Positions 52,813-62,910 of a stretch of 64,000 nucleotides of DNA are shown one piece after another; position 1 is the stretch's first letter; the number at the start of each line of letters is the position of its first letter. A program made the translations under genes and the position numbers. The notes below the pieces were generated by a model that did no database searches, was not told where the DNA came from, and saw only the letters and a program-made list of their open reading frames with translations. Source of the stretch: Fibrobacteria bacterium (GTDB taxonomy: Bacteria > Fibrobacterota > Fibrobacteria > UBA11236 > JADFYW01). Location: positions 608,001 to 672,000 of the forward strand of contig JBNKOC010000012.1 in assembly GCA_050294405.1 (NCBI GenBank), in the 5' to 3' direction.

Positions 52813-55002
52813 GTGGAACCTGTGCTAATATTACCCGGTGTATTAATCGGCCTGGTTGGCTTTTTTGCCGTCCAGCTTTGTCCCCCAGTATTAGAACCCT
52901 TTTATGTGCAGGGTTTTGTGGTTTACATGGGCATTTTGGCCCTGTGTAACTATTTCTTTTTTATTGCTAAAGATAAGTTTTACCCCTTAAGCAACCCTAA
53001 TTTTGTCCTCTTGCTTTTTGTTTTGGCCACCCTGGGCGCCCAGGCTCTGGGAGGCATATATGAGCAGTGGAATTTAGCAGGGCTGATTTTTGTCTGCGCC
53101 GTAGGGGGGCTAAATGCAAAGCCACTTGCCGCTTTAGGGGGTTGGGCGTTGGCTTTTGTTTCCTTAGCAATGCAAAGTATGGGGCTTTTTAATGGTCTTT
53201 TGGAAAATGTTGGCCTGGGCTTGGAAAGCCCAGTGAGCCAGCTCCCCATTTTTCCTGCCATTTCCAGTTTGGTGGTTTTGGGGCTCAGTATTTTTACCGC
53301 TCAAATGCGCATAAAAATTTTAATGAAAATGGATTATTCCCGTATAAGGGACACCCAGACTATTTCCAAAAAAGTTTTTTCTCCTAAAAACCAACCCGAA
53401 CTGATTATAAACACCGAAGAAGATAAGTCTGATACCGGCAACGCCACCCAGCAAATTTTTACAAAAGAATATGCCATCAAACAAAATGAAAAGTCCTTAT
53501 CCAGCTTAAAAGATGTGCTCAACTCGGTGGTTTATTTTATGAGCAAAAATTTCAAAGCCTACAGCTCTATGGGCTTTCTCTACAATGAATCCACCAAAAG
53601 CCTGCATCTAAACGCTGCGGTTTCCAGCTCCGATAATTTTAATAGGAATGTGAATATCAAATTGGGAGAGGGAATGGTGGGAAAAGCTTTTTCCAATCCC
53701 GAGGGTTTTTTAAGCGGCGATTTAAAAAATTATCCCGACAGCATAGAGTATTACACTCAAAATTCGGGCATTAATTCCATTTGTATAATGCCAATTAAAG
53801 ATTTGCAAACCAAAAGAACCTTGGGCCTGCTTGTGGTGGACTCTCAAAATTTAAGGGCCTTCACCGATGTTCATCGGGATTTGCTTAAAAAATTTGCGGA
53901 AATTGCAGCAGCCATGGTTTCCAATGTGATTTTAACCAAGCAGGTATCCTTCCAGGCCAAATGGGCCGATACTCTGTACGAAGTTACCCGCTCCTTGAAC
54001 CAGGTTCAAAAAGTGGAAGATGTGATGGCCCAACTTATTGAAGTTCTACCCAAGATTTTTTCCCATACCCGCATTGTGATTTGCATATACAACTCCAAAA
54101 GCAAAAAAGCCCAAATGTGGAATGTTATGGGAGATAGCACCGGCCTTAAGCGGGGGCTTGAGTTTGAAATTAAAAATGAAAAAAGCTTGTATGGAACGGT
54201 TTTTACCAAGCGCACCCAAATCATAATGGAAAATTACCCCCAAAAAGGAAAAGACTTTTATCGCTTTAATGAAAATATTGATTCCATTATTGAAAAGCCC
54301 CAGGATGTTATGATTGTTCCTTTGTTTGATGACAAGCAGGCGGTGGTGGCTGTAATCGGGTTGGAATCAAACCAGCAGGGCAGTTATTCCGAAAAAGAGC
54401 TGAGAAGTTTAGATACTTTAATGGTGAATTTTTCCACGGCACTTGGAAAGGCCAGGGCCTATGGTGAATTGGAAAAACTGGCAACCATTGATGGCCTAAC
54501 CCAGGTTCCCAACCATCGTAAATTCCAGGATGTATTGTCCACGGAAATGCACCGCACCCAAAGGTACAAGGAACAGTTGACCTTGTTGCTTATGGATATC
54601 GATCATTTCAAAAATTTTAACGATACTTACGGCCACCCCGTGGGCGATGCGGTTTTAAAACAGGTTGCCAAGACCATCCAGAAAACCATTCGCGGTACAG
54701 ATATGGTTGCCCGCTATGGCGGAGAGGAGTTCGTGGTGATAATGATTAAGGCCGACGAAGAACACTCCCGACTTCTGGCCGAAAGAATTTGCCGGGCTAT
54801 TGAGGACATGGAAGTGAAGTACGATAACAAAGTACTTAAGGTCACGGTTTCCATTGGTTCGGCCACTTTTCCCCGTGATGTGCAAACCAAACAAGAGCTA
54901 ATTGATGCCGCCGACCAGGCCATGTATTACTCCAAGGAACATGGCCGCAATCAGGTAAATTATTACAGCCAGGTTAAGCCGGAACTGGAAAAGAAAAGTT
55001 AA
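52813..55002 (+). CDS. Membrane-bound diguanylate cyclase (TM-GAF-GAF-GGDEF)
   Basis: DGLT...N.R, DIDHFK.FND.YGH..GD, RxxD I-site (RGTD), RYGGEEF. Confidence 0.93.
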   Translation: MEPVLILPGVLIGLVGFFAVQLCPPVLEPFYVQGFVVYMGILALCNYFFFIAKDKFYPLSNPNFVLLLFVLATLGAQALGGIYEQWNLAGLIFVCAVGGLNAKPLAALGGWALAFVSLAMQSMGLFNGLLENVGLGLESPVSQLPIFPAISSLVVLGLSIFTAQMRIKILMKMDYSRIRDTQTISKKVFSPKNQPELIINTEEDKSDTGNATQQIFTKEYAIKQNEKSLSSLKDVLNSVVYFMSKNFKAYSSMGFLYNESTKSLHLNAAVSSSDNFNRNVNIKLGEGMVGKAFSNPEGFLSGDLKNYPDSIEYYTQNSGINSICIMPIKDLQTKRTLGLLVVDSQNLRAFTDVHRDLLKKFAEIAAAMVSNVILTKQVSFQAKWADTLYEVTRSLNQVQKVEDVMAQLIEVLPKIFSHTRIVICIYNSKSKKAQMWNVMGDSTGLKRGLEFEIKNEKSLYGTVFTKRTQIIMENYPQKGKDFYRFNENIDSIIEKPQDVMIVPLFDDKQAVVAVIGLESNQQGSYSEKELRSLDTLMVNFSTALGKARAYGELEKLATIDGLTQVPNHRKFQDVLSTEMHRTQRYKEQLTLLLMDIDHFKNFNDTYGHPVGDAVLKQVAKTIQKTIRGTDMVARYGGEEFVVIMIKADEEHSRLLAERICRAIEDMEVKYDNKVLKVTVSIGSATFPRDVQTKQELIDAADQAMYYSKEHGRNQVNYYSQVKPELEKKS

Positions 55003-55174
55003 CCCTAACGCTGTATAAAAATGGCGATAAGTTTTTACCGCCATTTTTACCCTTCGGGAAAATCCATCTGCTCCCGCAGGACCTGCCCTCCCGACTCCGC
55101 CGTACAAGAAGTACGTCTACGTCAGGTCAGTCACGTGGTGCGGGGCATCTGGAGTTTTTGCACCATTAGGGTTA
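55000..55174. mobile_element. MITE-like palindromic element between convergent genes
   Basis: Termini TAACCCTAA / TTAGGGTTA, nested inverted repeats, central CGTAC-AAGAA-GTACG hairpin. Confidence 0.65.
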
Positions 55175-55951
55175 TATTACCTGAGTCAGTATTCCGATAC
55201 CCCCAAAGGCCCAGCAGTACCAGCTAAAGTAATGTAACATCCCTTTTTGCACAAAGTACAACAAAAACTTTAAGGCCACCCATCCCACAATAAAGGCAAA
55301 AGCCGTTCCCACAAACATTTGCATAGCTGATAAAGTCTGAGGAGAATTTGCCATATCGGGTATTTTAAATACACAGGCTCCCGCTATAATAGGTAGAGAA
55401 ATTAAAAAGGAGTATTCCCCGGCTTGCTTGCGGGAAAGGCCCAATAAAAGTCCCGTGGTTATAGTAGTTCCACTGCGGGAGATTCCCGGGATAATGGCAA
55501 AGGCTTGAAATACTCCAATGAACACCCATTTTATCCAGCCCAATTCGCCAACACTGTGGTTTTTTTGGGGCACGAATTTAGGCAAATACAAGATAGCTCC
55601 GGTGAGCAATAACATAAAACTTACAATTAAAGGCGAGTCAAAAAGTCTTTCCAGGGGATCTTCAAAGAGCTTTCCCAATAGGGCAGTGGGAATGGTGGTG
55701 ATAACAATGGCCTTGACTAAGATGAGCTGCTCTTTGTCCTTCTTCAAAGCCCCTGTTATAATAGCCAAAATTTGTTTTCGAAACACCAAAGCAGTCGCCA
55801 ATAAGGTTCCAAAATGCAAAAGCAATTCAAAACTTACATTGTCGTCTTTGATATTGAGCCAGTTTCCAGCCAATACCAGGTGGCCGGAAGAACTTATGGG
55901 TAAAAATTCGGTGAGGCCCTGAATTACGCCTAATATTATTACGGATATCAT
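55172..55951 (-). CDS. uppP: Undecaprenyl-diphosphatase
   Basis: QGLTEFLPISSSGHL, PGISRSG.T. Confidence 0.97.
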   Translation of the reverse strand: MISVIILGVIQGLTEFLPISSSGHLVLAGNWLNIKDDNVSFELLLHFGTLLATALVFRKQILAIITGALKKDKEQLILVKAIVITTIPTALLGKLFEDPLERLFDSPLIVSFMLLLTGAILYLPKFVPQKNHSVGELGWIKWVFIGVFQAFAIIPGISRSGTTITTGLLLGLSRKQAGEYSFLISLPIIAGACVFKIPDMANSPQTLSAMQMFVGTAFAFIVGWVALKFLLYFVQKGMLHYFSWYCWAFGGIGILTQVI

Positions 55952-55996
55952 GGCAGATAATGTAATTTTTTTTTAAAAAAAGGGGAAAATTAGCCT

Positions 55997-56926
55997 ATGG
56001 GCAAATGCTTGGTAATTGGACTAAACCCGGCGTGGCAAAAAGTCCTTTCCTTCGAGCAAATCAAGATGGGTTCTGTAAACAGGGCGTTTCACAGTGAAGA
56101 ATGTGCCTCTGGAAAGGGGCTAAACACAGCCAGAGTGCTAAAAAAATTGGGGCACGAATGTTGGGTTTTGCAAATATTAGGTGGAGAAAATGGCGCAAAA
56201 TTGCAGAACTACTGCAAGGAAAACCAAATAACCTCCCTTGGCTTTGGGGTTTCTCAAAACACCAGGCAGTGCCTAACTCTTTTGGAAAATGGAAAAGAAA
56301 CAGAATTAATCGAACCCTTTGACCTGCCTGCTGACGAAATCCAAAAAATTAACGAGGGCCTTGTAAGTAAATTAAATAACCTTCCAGAAATGGATGCCTT
56401 GGTTTTTTGCGGGTCTGTTCCCAAAGGGTTATCGGAAAATAGCTTTAACCGAATTTGTGAGCATGTTCCCCAAAAGCATATTTTTTTAGATGGCTTTAGC
56501 GGCTTTAATAAAAGTTTTTTAGAAAAAGTGGACTATTTAAAAATAAATTCTGAAGAACTGCAATCTATGTTAAACGGTTTTGCAGTAAACAGGCCCCAAG
56601 AACTATTTTACGATGTTTTGCCAAAGCTAAAATTGCTATTGGTTAGCAGGGGGAAAAATCCTGCTGATGTATACTGGCGAAGCGAATTAACATCCATTGA
56701 GAAATTTTCTGTTGAAATACCTGAGGTAGATTCTTTAAATGCCATAGGGGCAGGCGATAGCACTCATGCGGGTTTGGTGGATGCTGTTCTAAATGCAAAG
56801 AGCGCTCAAGAGGCCTGTATACATGCCCTTTCCATTGGAACTACAAGCTGCCTGGAAATCCTACCAGCTCATTTTTCAACTGAAAAGCTACGCAACATTC
56901 AACCGCAATTTAATGTGATAAATTAA
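55997..56926 (+). CDS. PfkB-family kinase (1-phosphofructokinase-like)
   Basis: LNPA, GKGLN.AR, KIN.EEL, NAIGAGDS. Confidence 0.85.
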   Translation: MGKCLVIGLNPAWQKVLSFEQIKMGSVNRAFHSEECASGKGLNTARVLKKLGHECWVLQILGGENGAKLQNYCKENQITSLGFGVSQNTRQCLTLLENGKETELIEPFDLPADEIQKINEGLVSKLNNLPEMDALVFCGSVPKGLSENSFNRICEHVPQKHIFLDGFSGFNKSFLEKVDYLKINSEELQSMLNGFAVNRPQELFYDVLPKLKLLLVSRGKNPADVYWRSELTSIEKFSVEIPEVDSLNAIGAGDSTHAGLVDAVLNAKSAQEACIHALSIGTTSCLEILPAHFSTEKLRNIQPQFNVIN

Positions 56927-56927
56927 T

Positions 56928-57674
56928 ATGTCTTCTTCTAAACAAACTTTAAAAATTCTGGTTTGCGCATCCACTAAAGAAGAGTTAAAAGCTTACGGGG
57001 AGTTGGGTGAAAAAGAATGGCAGCAAATTAACCATCATTACATAAGCAAGGGAGTGGGGCTTTTTATTACGGGAGTGGGTATTCCTCAAAGTTGGGAAGG
57101 GTTGCTTTATTGCCACGATCATTTTCAATTTTCCTTGATTTTAAATATTGGTATTGCCGGGGCTTATCCGGGCTTTCGAGGGCGAATCGGGGATGTGGTC
57201 ATTGGCAGTAGTGAAGTGTATGGAGATGTGGGCGTAGAAATCCCATTGGAAAAAGAATCGTCGGTCAGCAAATTTGAATCGCTGGCGAACTTTCCTTTCG
57301 GCCAATTTTATAAGTCCGGGTTTCCACTTAGCTTTCAAACAGATTGGACGGATTTTAATCTTCCTTTTAAGATATTACTGGGCCAGGGCTGTACCGTTAA
57401 CATGTGCGCGGGAACTCAGCTGCGGGGCCAAAGCAGAAGAATGGCCACCCAATCCGATTTTGAATCTATGGAAGGGGCCGTGTTTGCCCAATATGGTGCA
57501 CAAAAAAAAATTCCTGTAGTAGAAATACGAGCCATAAGCAACATTGCAGGGCATAGGGATATGAAACCAGAAAATATTAAATTAGCCTTAAACAATTTAA
57601 CCCAATTTTTATCCAAATTTAAGGAATCTTATGAGCCAGGAAATCTCCATAAACATTTCCCCTTGTCCCAATGA
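56928..57674 (+). CDS. mqnB: Futalosine hydrolase
   Basis: TGVG, NIGIAGAY, TVN, ESMEGA, EIRAISN; adjacent to mqnD. Confidence 0.88.
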   Translation: MSSSKQTLKILVCASTKEELKAYGELGEKEWQQINHHYISKGVGLFITGVGIPQSWEGLLYCHDHFQFSLILNIGIAGAYPGFRGRIGDVVIGSSEVYGDVGVEIPLEKESSVSKFESLANFPFGQFYKSGFPLSFQTDWTDFNLPFKILLGQGCTVNMCAGTQLRGQSRRMATQSDFESMEGAVFAQYGAQKKIPVVEIRAISNIAGHRDMKPENIKLALNNLTQFLSKFKESYEPGNLHKHFPLSQ

Positions 57675-58425
57675 TGTATATATCTTTGGCGCTTTAGTTT
57701 TGGGAAAAGTTGAGGTTCCCGGTTTTAATTTGCGGTTTGATTTTTTGGATATTGAACAGCTCAATCAAAAAGCAAACAAGCAACAGGCCGATGTAATTAA
57801 AGTATCCGCAGCCAATTGGCTGCGTTTAAAAAGTTTTTACAATTTGCTGCCTTGCGGCGGGGCTCTAGGGGAGGGCTGCGGGCCCTTGTTGTTGGGAAAT
57901 ATTCCTGAGAATGAAAAAGCAAAAATATTTCCATCATCCATAATGGTTCCTGGAGAATTCACCACTGCCAATTTTTTGTTGAATTTTTATTTAAATAAAA
58001 ACGCGGTCCACAAAAATTTCCAGCGTTATGATGTATTATATAAAACCCTTATGGAAAAGCGGGGCAGCTATGGTGTAGTTATTCATGAGAGCCGTTTTAC
58101 CTACGAACAGGATGGTTTAACTTTAGTCAAAGACCTGGGCCAGTATTGGGAAGAAAATACGGGACTTCCCATTCCCTTGGGCATAATTGTGCTAAAGGAT
58201 ATTCCCGGGCTTTTTCAGCCTCTTCAAAAGGCCATCGTGGAAAGTATAGACTGGGCTGAGAAAAACACTCAAGAAATTTTAGATTTGTGTCGATTATATT
58301 CACAAAACATGGAGGACAGTGTTATGCTGTCACATATCCGGTTGTATGTAAATCACTACTCCAGGGATATGGGAGAAAAAGGACAGGAAGCCCTGGATAA
58401 ATTGCACAGCATTCAGCTTGGCTAA
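57631..58425 (+). CDS. mqnD: 1,4-dihydroxy-6-naphthoate synthase
   Basis: SPCPND.YIF, DIE.LN, GALG.GCGPL, IHE.RFTY, DLG..WE..TGLPIPLG, HI.LYVN. Confidence 0.94.
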   Translation: MSQEISINISPCPNDVYIFGALVLGKVEVPGFNLRFDFLDIEQLNQKANKQQADVIKVSAANWLRLKSFYNLLPCGGALGEGCGPLLLGNIPENEKAKIFPSSIMVPGEFTTANFLLNFYLNKNAVHKNFQRYDVLYKTLMEKRGSYGVVIHESRFTYEQDGLTLVKDLGQYWEENTGLPIPLGIIVLKDIPGLFQPLQKAIVESIDWAEKNTQEILDLCRLYSQNMEDSVMLSHIRLYVNHYSRDMGEKGQEALDKLHSIQLG

Positions 58426-58525
58426 TGGGGAAAATATTGCCTGGAATTTTTTTCCCCCAGAAAATAATTCCCCTTTTGTAAATGAATAATCCCTTAAATT
58501 ATTGCGTTTTGCCTGTTTTTTAAAT

Positions 58526-58540
58526 TGGCCCGCGATTTGC
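58526..58540 (+). promoter_or_regulatory. Sigma-54 promoter of the flgF operon
   Basis: TGGCCCG-CGAT-TTGC (GG-N10-GC), 33 nt upstream of flgF. Confidence 0.8.
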
Positions 58541-58573
58541 GTTTCCCAATTGGGTTAAACAATTGGAAGCTCT

Positions 58574-59311
58574 ATGGTAAACGGATTATATACTTCGTCA
58601 GCAAGCATGATGCACTTGCAAAAAAAGCAGGATATTAACAGTAACAATCTTGCCAATGCTAATTCTACGGGTTTTAAATTATCCAAGCTTATTACCAAAA
58701 CAGAAATAGATATTGGTCGTAACGCCGAACAATTGTTGCATCAGGACGAAGATCAAAACCTCGATGAAGTTATGGTTAATTTTGATCAGGGCCCGTTGGT
58801 ACAAACGGACAATCCAATGGATATTGCCCTTTCGGGGGACGGTTTTTTTGCCGTGCAGGTAGGGGAAGATGTAAGGTACACTCGCAATGGAAGTTTTAAG
58901 GTAAATCCCGAGGGGGAGCTGGTCACCTTGTCCGGCAACCATGTGCTTTTGGACAATGGGGATATTATCCGAATCGAAGGGGGAAAGCTCACTGTCGCTT
59001 CGGACGGGGGAGTATTTGTAGATGGCGATAAAATAGGGGATATATCCCTGGTTAATTTTAGCGCTAAAGAATTTTTAATCCCCCAGGGTGGCGCCCTCTA
59101 TGAAAATGTAAACCCTGCCATAAACCGCGGGGCCCAATCGGCAAGTACAATAGTGAGGCAGGGCTATTTAGAAGGGAGTAATGTTAATTCTGTTTCGTCC
59201 ATGGTAGATATGATATCCCATTTTCGAAATTATGAAGCCAGTCAAAAAGCTCTCCATGCTATAGATGAAACATTGCAAAAGGCAGTTAACGAAGTTGGAA
59301 AAGTCCAATAA
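58574..59311 (+). CDS. flgF: Flagellar basal-body rod protein FlgF
   Basis: NNLANANSTGFK, YTRNGSF, QGYLEGSNVN; precedes flgG. Confidence 0.9.
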   Translation: MVNGLYTSSASMMHLQKKQDINSNNLANANSTGFKLSKLITKTEIDIGRNAEQLLHQDEDQNLDEVMVNFDQGPLVQTDNPMDIALSGDGFFAVQVGEDVRYTRNGSFKVNPEGELVTLSGNHVLLDNGDIIRIEGGKLTVASDGGVFVDGDKIGDISLVNFSAKEFLIPQGGALYENVNPAINRGAQSASTIVRQGYLEGSNVNSVSSMVDMISHFRNYEASQKALHAIDETLQKAVNEVGKVQ

Positions 59312-59323
59312 TAGGGGTGAACT

Positions 59324-60112
59324 ATGATTAGAAGTTTGTTTACAGCGGCCACGGGAATGAAGGCCAATCAATTGTATGTGGATAATATTTCCAATAATCT
59401 GTCCAATGTAAATACCACAGCTTATAAAAAATCCCAATTGGAATTTGAAGACTTGTTATACCAATCCATTGTGGAGCCTGGTTCGGGCAACGCGGAGGGC
59501 GCGAAACACCCAGCCGGTTTACAGGTGGGCGTCGGAGTAAAAGCAATTGCCAATCAAAAAATATTTGCCCAGGGAAATTTAACCCAAACAGGGAATGCCA
59601 CAGATGTCGCCATTTCCGGTACGGGGTTTTTCCAGGTTATTATGCCCAATGGCGACATGGCATACACAAGGGACGGTTCCTTTAAAATATCTGCAGATGG
59701 AACCATGGTTACTTCCCAGGGGTATTTGGTGGAACCAGAAATAGTGGTTCCCGTAGGCTCTAAAGATTTAACCATAGATGAGCATGGCCGTGTTTATGTT
59801 ACCGTGGAAGATGAAGAGTTGGCCGAGGAAATTGGACAGCTAGAACTCGCCCGTTTTATCAATCCAAGCGGTTTAAAAAGCGAAGGGCAAAACCTGTATA
59901 CGGAAACAGCAGCCAGTGGGGCGCCGGAAATCGGGGTGCCTGGTGAAGATGGCATTGGAGTATTGCAGGGAGGGTATTTAGAAACCTCAAATGTACAGCT
60001 GGTTGAAGAAATGGTAAATATGATTGTGGCGCAAAGAGCTTATGAAATCAGTTCAAAAGCAATACAAACATCTGAAGAAATGTTGCAAATGGCTAACCAA
60101 TTAAAACGTTAA
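59324..60112 (+). CDS. flgG: Flagellar basal-body rod protein FlgG
   Basis: MIRSL.TAATGM, NNLSNVNT, FEDLLYQ, EEMVNMIVAQRAYE. Confidence 0.97.
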   Translation: MIRSLFTAATGMKANQLYVDNISNNLSNVNTTAYKKSQLEFEDLLYQSIVEPGSGNAEGAKHPAGLQVGVGVKAIANQKIFAQGNLTQTGNATDVAISGTGFFQVIMPNGDMAYTRDGSFKISADGTMVTSQGYLVEPEIVVPVGSKDLTIDEHGRVYVTVEDEELAEEIGQLELARFINPSGLKSEGQNLYTETAASGAPEIGVPGEDGIGVLQGGYLETSNVQLVEEMVNMIVAQRAYEISSKAIQTSEEMLQMANQLKR

Positions 60113-61089
60113 TGATTTATAAATTTATCCATCTTCTTTTTTCTCTGGGAATCCTATTTAGCTGGGCTAGGGCAAATACTGTCCAAAAACTGGAAGTTCA
60201 TTTTGAAGAGAGTGTGGAAATAAACAAGGACAACGTCCTTTTTAAGGACGTGGCCATGTTAAGAGGCTATAAAGCGGATTCCTTAAAAAATATTGTGGTG
60301 GGAAAATCCGCCGGGTATGGTCGAAGCCGGTATTTATCCACCTGGCCTATTTATGTAAGGCACATCAAGGATTTGGAATCCAAGGCTGACATTGTTTTTA
60401 AAGGCCCGGAACGGGTAAAGATAACTACAAGTTTTATCCCTGTGAAACGGGACTCCTTACATGAGCTACTGGATGAATATTTTGAGAATTACAATAAAAA
60501 ATCTCGTAGCCATTTTGAATATGATCTTGTATCAGCCCCTTCCAAAATTAAAATTCCCGAAGAAAAAACGGTTATTAAATTAATTCGCAAAGCCAAAGGG
60601 GAACTCAGGGGGAACCAAAAATTTTCCATGCAAATATATAATGGAGAAAAATTGTTACGCAGTTATCCTTTTAAGGTATATGTTAGGCAATTTGACTCTG
60701 TTTTTGTGGCCAGAGAAAAAGTGGAGCGCTCCACCAAATTGGCTAAAAGCTCTGTCAATAAAGAGTGGAAGGATGTTACCAGAGTGTCCGGAGAAATTAT
60801 CCGGGATTTGTCTGTTTTAAAAGGCAGTATGGTGCGGCAGCCAATAGTTTCCGGAAGGGTGATAACCCATAATTTATTTACAGCCATCCCGGTTGTGGAA
60901 CAGGGAGATCCCGTTCAAATAGAATCTAATTCCGGTGGAATTCAAATTACACTTAACGGAATTGCCAGAGAAGATGGTGCCCTTGGGGATGTAATCCGGG
61001 TTAAAAATTTACTATCGAGAAAAATAATTAGGGCGAAAATAGTAGAGCCTGGGAAATTGGTTTTGGTTTCAAACTCCCTTGGGGGATAA
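60112..61089 (+). CDS. flgA: Flagellar P-ring formation chaperone FlgA
   Basis: C-terminal SAF domain, G.ARE.G..GD.IRVKN..S.K; position after flgG. Confidence 0.88.
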   Translation: MIYKFIHLLFSLGILFSWARANTVQKLEVHFEESVEINKDNVLFKDVAMLRGYKADSLKNIVVGKSAGYGRSRYLSTWPIYVRHIKDLESKADIVFKGPERVKITTSFIPVKRDSLHELLDEYFENYNKKSRSHFEYDLVSAPSKIKIPEEKTVIKLIRKAKGELRGNQKFSMQIYNGEKLLRSYPFKVYVRQFDSVFVAREKVERSTKLAKSSVNKEWKDVTRVSGEIIRDLSVLKGSMVRQPIVSGRVITHNLFTAIPVVEQGDPVQIESNSGGIQITLNGIAREDGALGDVIRVKNLLSRKIIRAKIVEPGKLVLVSNSLGG

Positions 61090-61696
61090 AATGATAAACA
61101 TGATAAATGATTTTTTTAAAAGATATACAGTTCATTTTGGAATTTGCGCATTGTTTTGCATTTCCAATGGCTTTGCCCAGGAAGTTCCTCAAAATTTTTC
61201 CTTGTATACAGATAAAAAAGCAAAAAAAATGGAAGACATTGTTACGGTTCTCATAGTGGAGGAAGCTCAGGCAAAAAATGATACCCGTACAGAAACAGAT
61301 GTGGAATCCAATGTGAATTTTAATTTGGCTCCGGGTCAGGGCGTTTTGCAAAATGTGGTTCCCGGAATAGGCTTTGGCGTGGGTAATGAAGCAGATTACG
61401 ATGGCAGGGGAAAAACCAGTCGATTAGGTCAGGTGAAAGCAAAAGTTTCGGCTCGCATTGTGGCTGTGTACGACAATGGGAATTTGTTAATTGAGGGCAA
61501 CAAGGAGGTGGAAATAAACAACGAAACGGAAATGATTCGCGTCTCTGGAATTATCCGTCCCGAGGATGTGGATTTTGACAATACCATTTATTCCTTTAAA
61601 ATCGCCGATGCCCGGATCCAATACACCGGAAAGGGCGATTCTCAAAACGCCCATCGCCCTGGATTTTTAACCAGATTTTTTAACTGGTTGTTTTAA
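61079..61696 (+). CDS. flgH: Flagellar L-ring protein
   Basis: D.KA....DIVTV.I.E, NGNL.IEG.K, G.IRPED, IADARI.Y.G.G. The start may be 61091. Confidence 0.93.
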   Translation: MGDKMINMINDFFKRYTVHFGICALFCISNGFAQEVPQNFSLYTDKKAKKMEDIVTVLIVEEAQAKNDTRTETDVESNVNFNLAPGQGVLQNVVPGIGFGVGNEADYDGRGKTSRLGQVKAKVSARIVAVYDNGNLLIEGNKEVEINNETEMIRVSGIIRPEDVDFDNTIYSFKIADARIQYTGKGDSQNAHRPGFLTRFFNWLF

Positions 61697-61697
61697 T

Positions 61698-62831
61698 ATG
61701 CGGAGAATAAACATGAAAAATTATGCTGGAATGCTAAAACTCCTGTTTTTTCTTTTCCTTTTTTTAATTCCTGCTCAAGCTGTCAGAGTAAAGGATGTGT
61801 CTAAACTATATGGAATAGCTCCTTATACGGTTACGGGTTACGGTTTGGTGGTGGGCCTTCGGAATTCAGGAGATGGTCCCAGAACTCAATTTACTACCAA
61901 GGGAATTATTAATATGCTTCGCAACATGGGAATAGAAGTCCCCCCAAACAGAGTGCGCATTAGAAATGTGGCTGCCGTTATGATTTCCGCCCAAATCCCA
62001 CCTTTTTCTAAATTGGGCAGCGCCATTGATGTTACTGTTTCAAGTATTGGCGATGCCAAAAGTTTGGAGGGAGGAACCTTGTTAATGTCTCCTCTTCATG
62101 GACCGGATGGAAAACTATACATGGTAGCCCAAGGCCCCGTAAATATTGGCGGGTTTAACCAGGAAAGCAGCACGGGGCTATCCTCCTTGCGCAAAAACCA
62201 TGCGCTGGTTGGGCAAATCCCCAATGGAGGCGTATTGCAAAAAGAACTATTGCATCAAAATCTGCCGGAAACGGAATTTAAATTTGTTCTGAATACCCCG
62301 GATTTCACTTCGGCTGTTAATATGAGCGAAGCTATAAACCAGGCCTTAGGCGAAAAATTGGCCAGCGCCTTGGATGCGGCGGCCGTTATGGTTTTTATCC
62401 CTCAGGAATATGCAGAAACAGTCACCAGCTTTTTAGCCAAAGTGGAAAATGTGGAATTTGTACCTTCTGAATTGGCCAGAGTTGTTTTAAATGAAAAAAC
62501 AGGAACTATTGTGGCCGGGGGGAATATTTCCATATCCTCCATTGCGGTGTCTCACGGAAATATCACCATTTCCATTAATTCCGAGCAAGGTGCGGAGGCC
62601 ACCATACGGCAGACAGCTAACAGCAATACAAGGCAAGTGCGCACTCAAACTCAGGAGCAAGGACAGGTAGAAGAAGCCAAGGCAGAAATGAAGGTAATGC
62701 CCAAAATTACCAATGTTAATGAGCTGGCTAACGCTTTGAATTCTTTAGGGGTTCCTCCCAGAGATATTATCTCTATTTTCCAAAGCATTAAAAAATCCGG
62801 GGCGCTCCATGCGGACCTGGTAACTATGTAA
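61698..62831 (+). CDS. flgI: Flagellar P-ring protein
   Basis: GYGLVVGL...GD, NVAAVM, SS.GDAKSL.GGTL, NEKTGTIV, GALHA. Confidence 0.97.
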   Translation: MRRINMKNYAGMLKLLFFLFLFLIPAQAVRVKDVSKLYGIAPYTVTGYGLVVGLRNSGDGPRTQFTTKGIINMLRNMGIEVPPNRVRIRNVAAVMISAQIPPFSKLGSAIDVTVSSIGDAKSLEGGTLLMSPLHGPDGKLYMVAQGPVNIGGFNQESSTGLSSLRKNHALVGQIPNGGVLQKELLHQNLPETEFKFVLNTPDFTSAVNMSEAINQALGEKLASALDAAAVMVFIPQEYAETVTSFLAKVENVEFVPSELARVVLNEKTGTIVAGGNISISSIAVSHGNITISINSEQGAEATIRQTANSNTRQVRTQTQEQGQVEEAKAEMKVMPKITNVNELANALNSLGVPPRDIISIFQSIKKSGALHADLVTM

Positions 62832-62910
62832 CTTTAGCCTTTCCCTAGGCAAATGTTAAAAAATTAAGAGCTAAGGTTCCCTTGGTCTTTTAATTGTATT
62901 TTTAGCATTA

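Noticed and set aside
55021..55227. 68-aa + strand ORF
   Set aside because: Lies within the palindromic element and overlaps uppP antisense.
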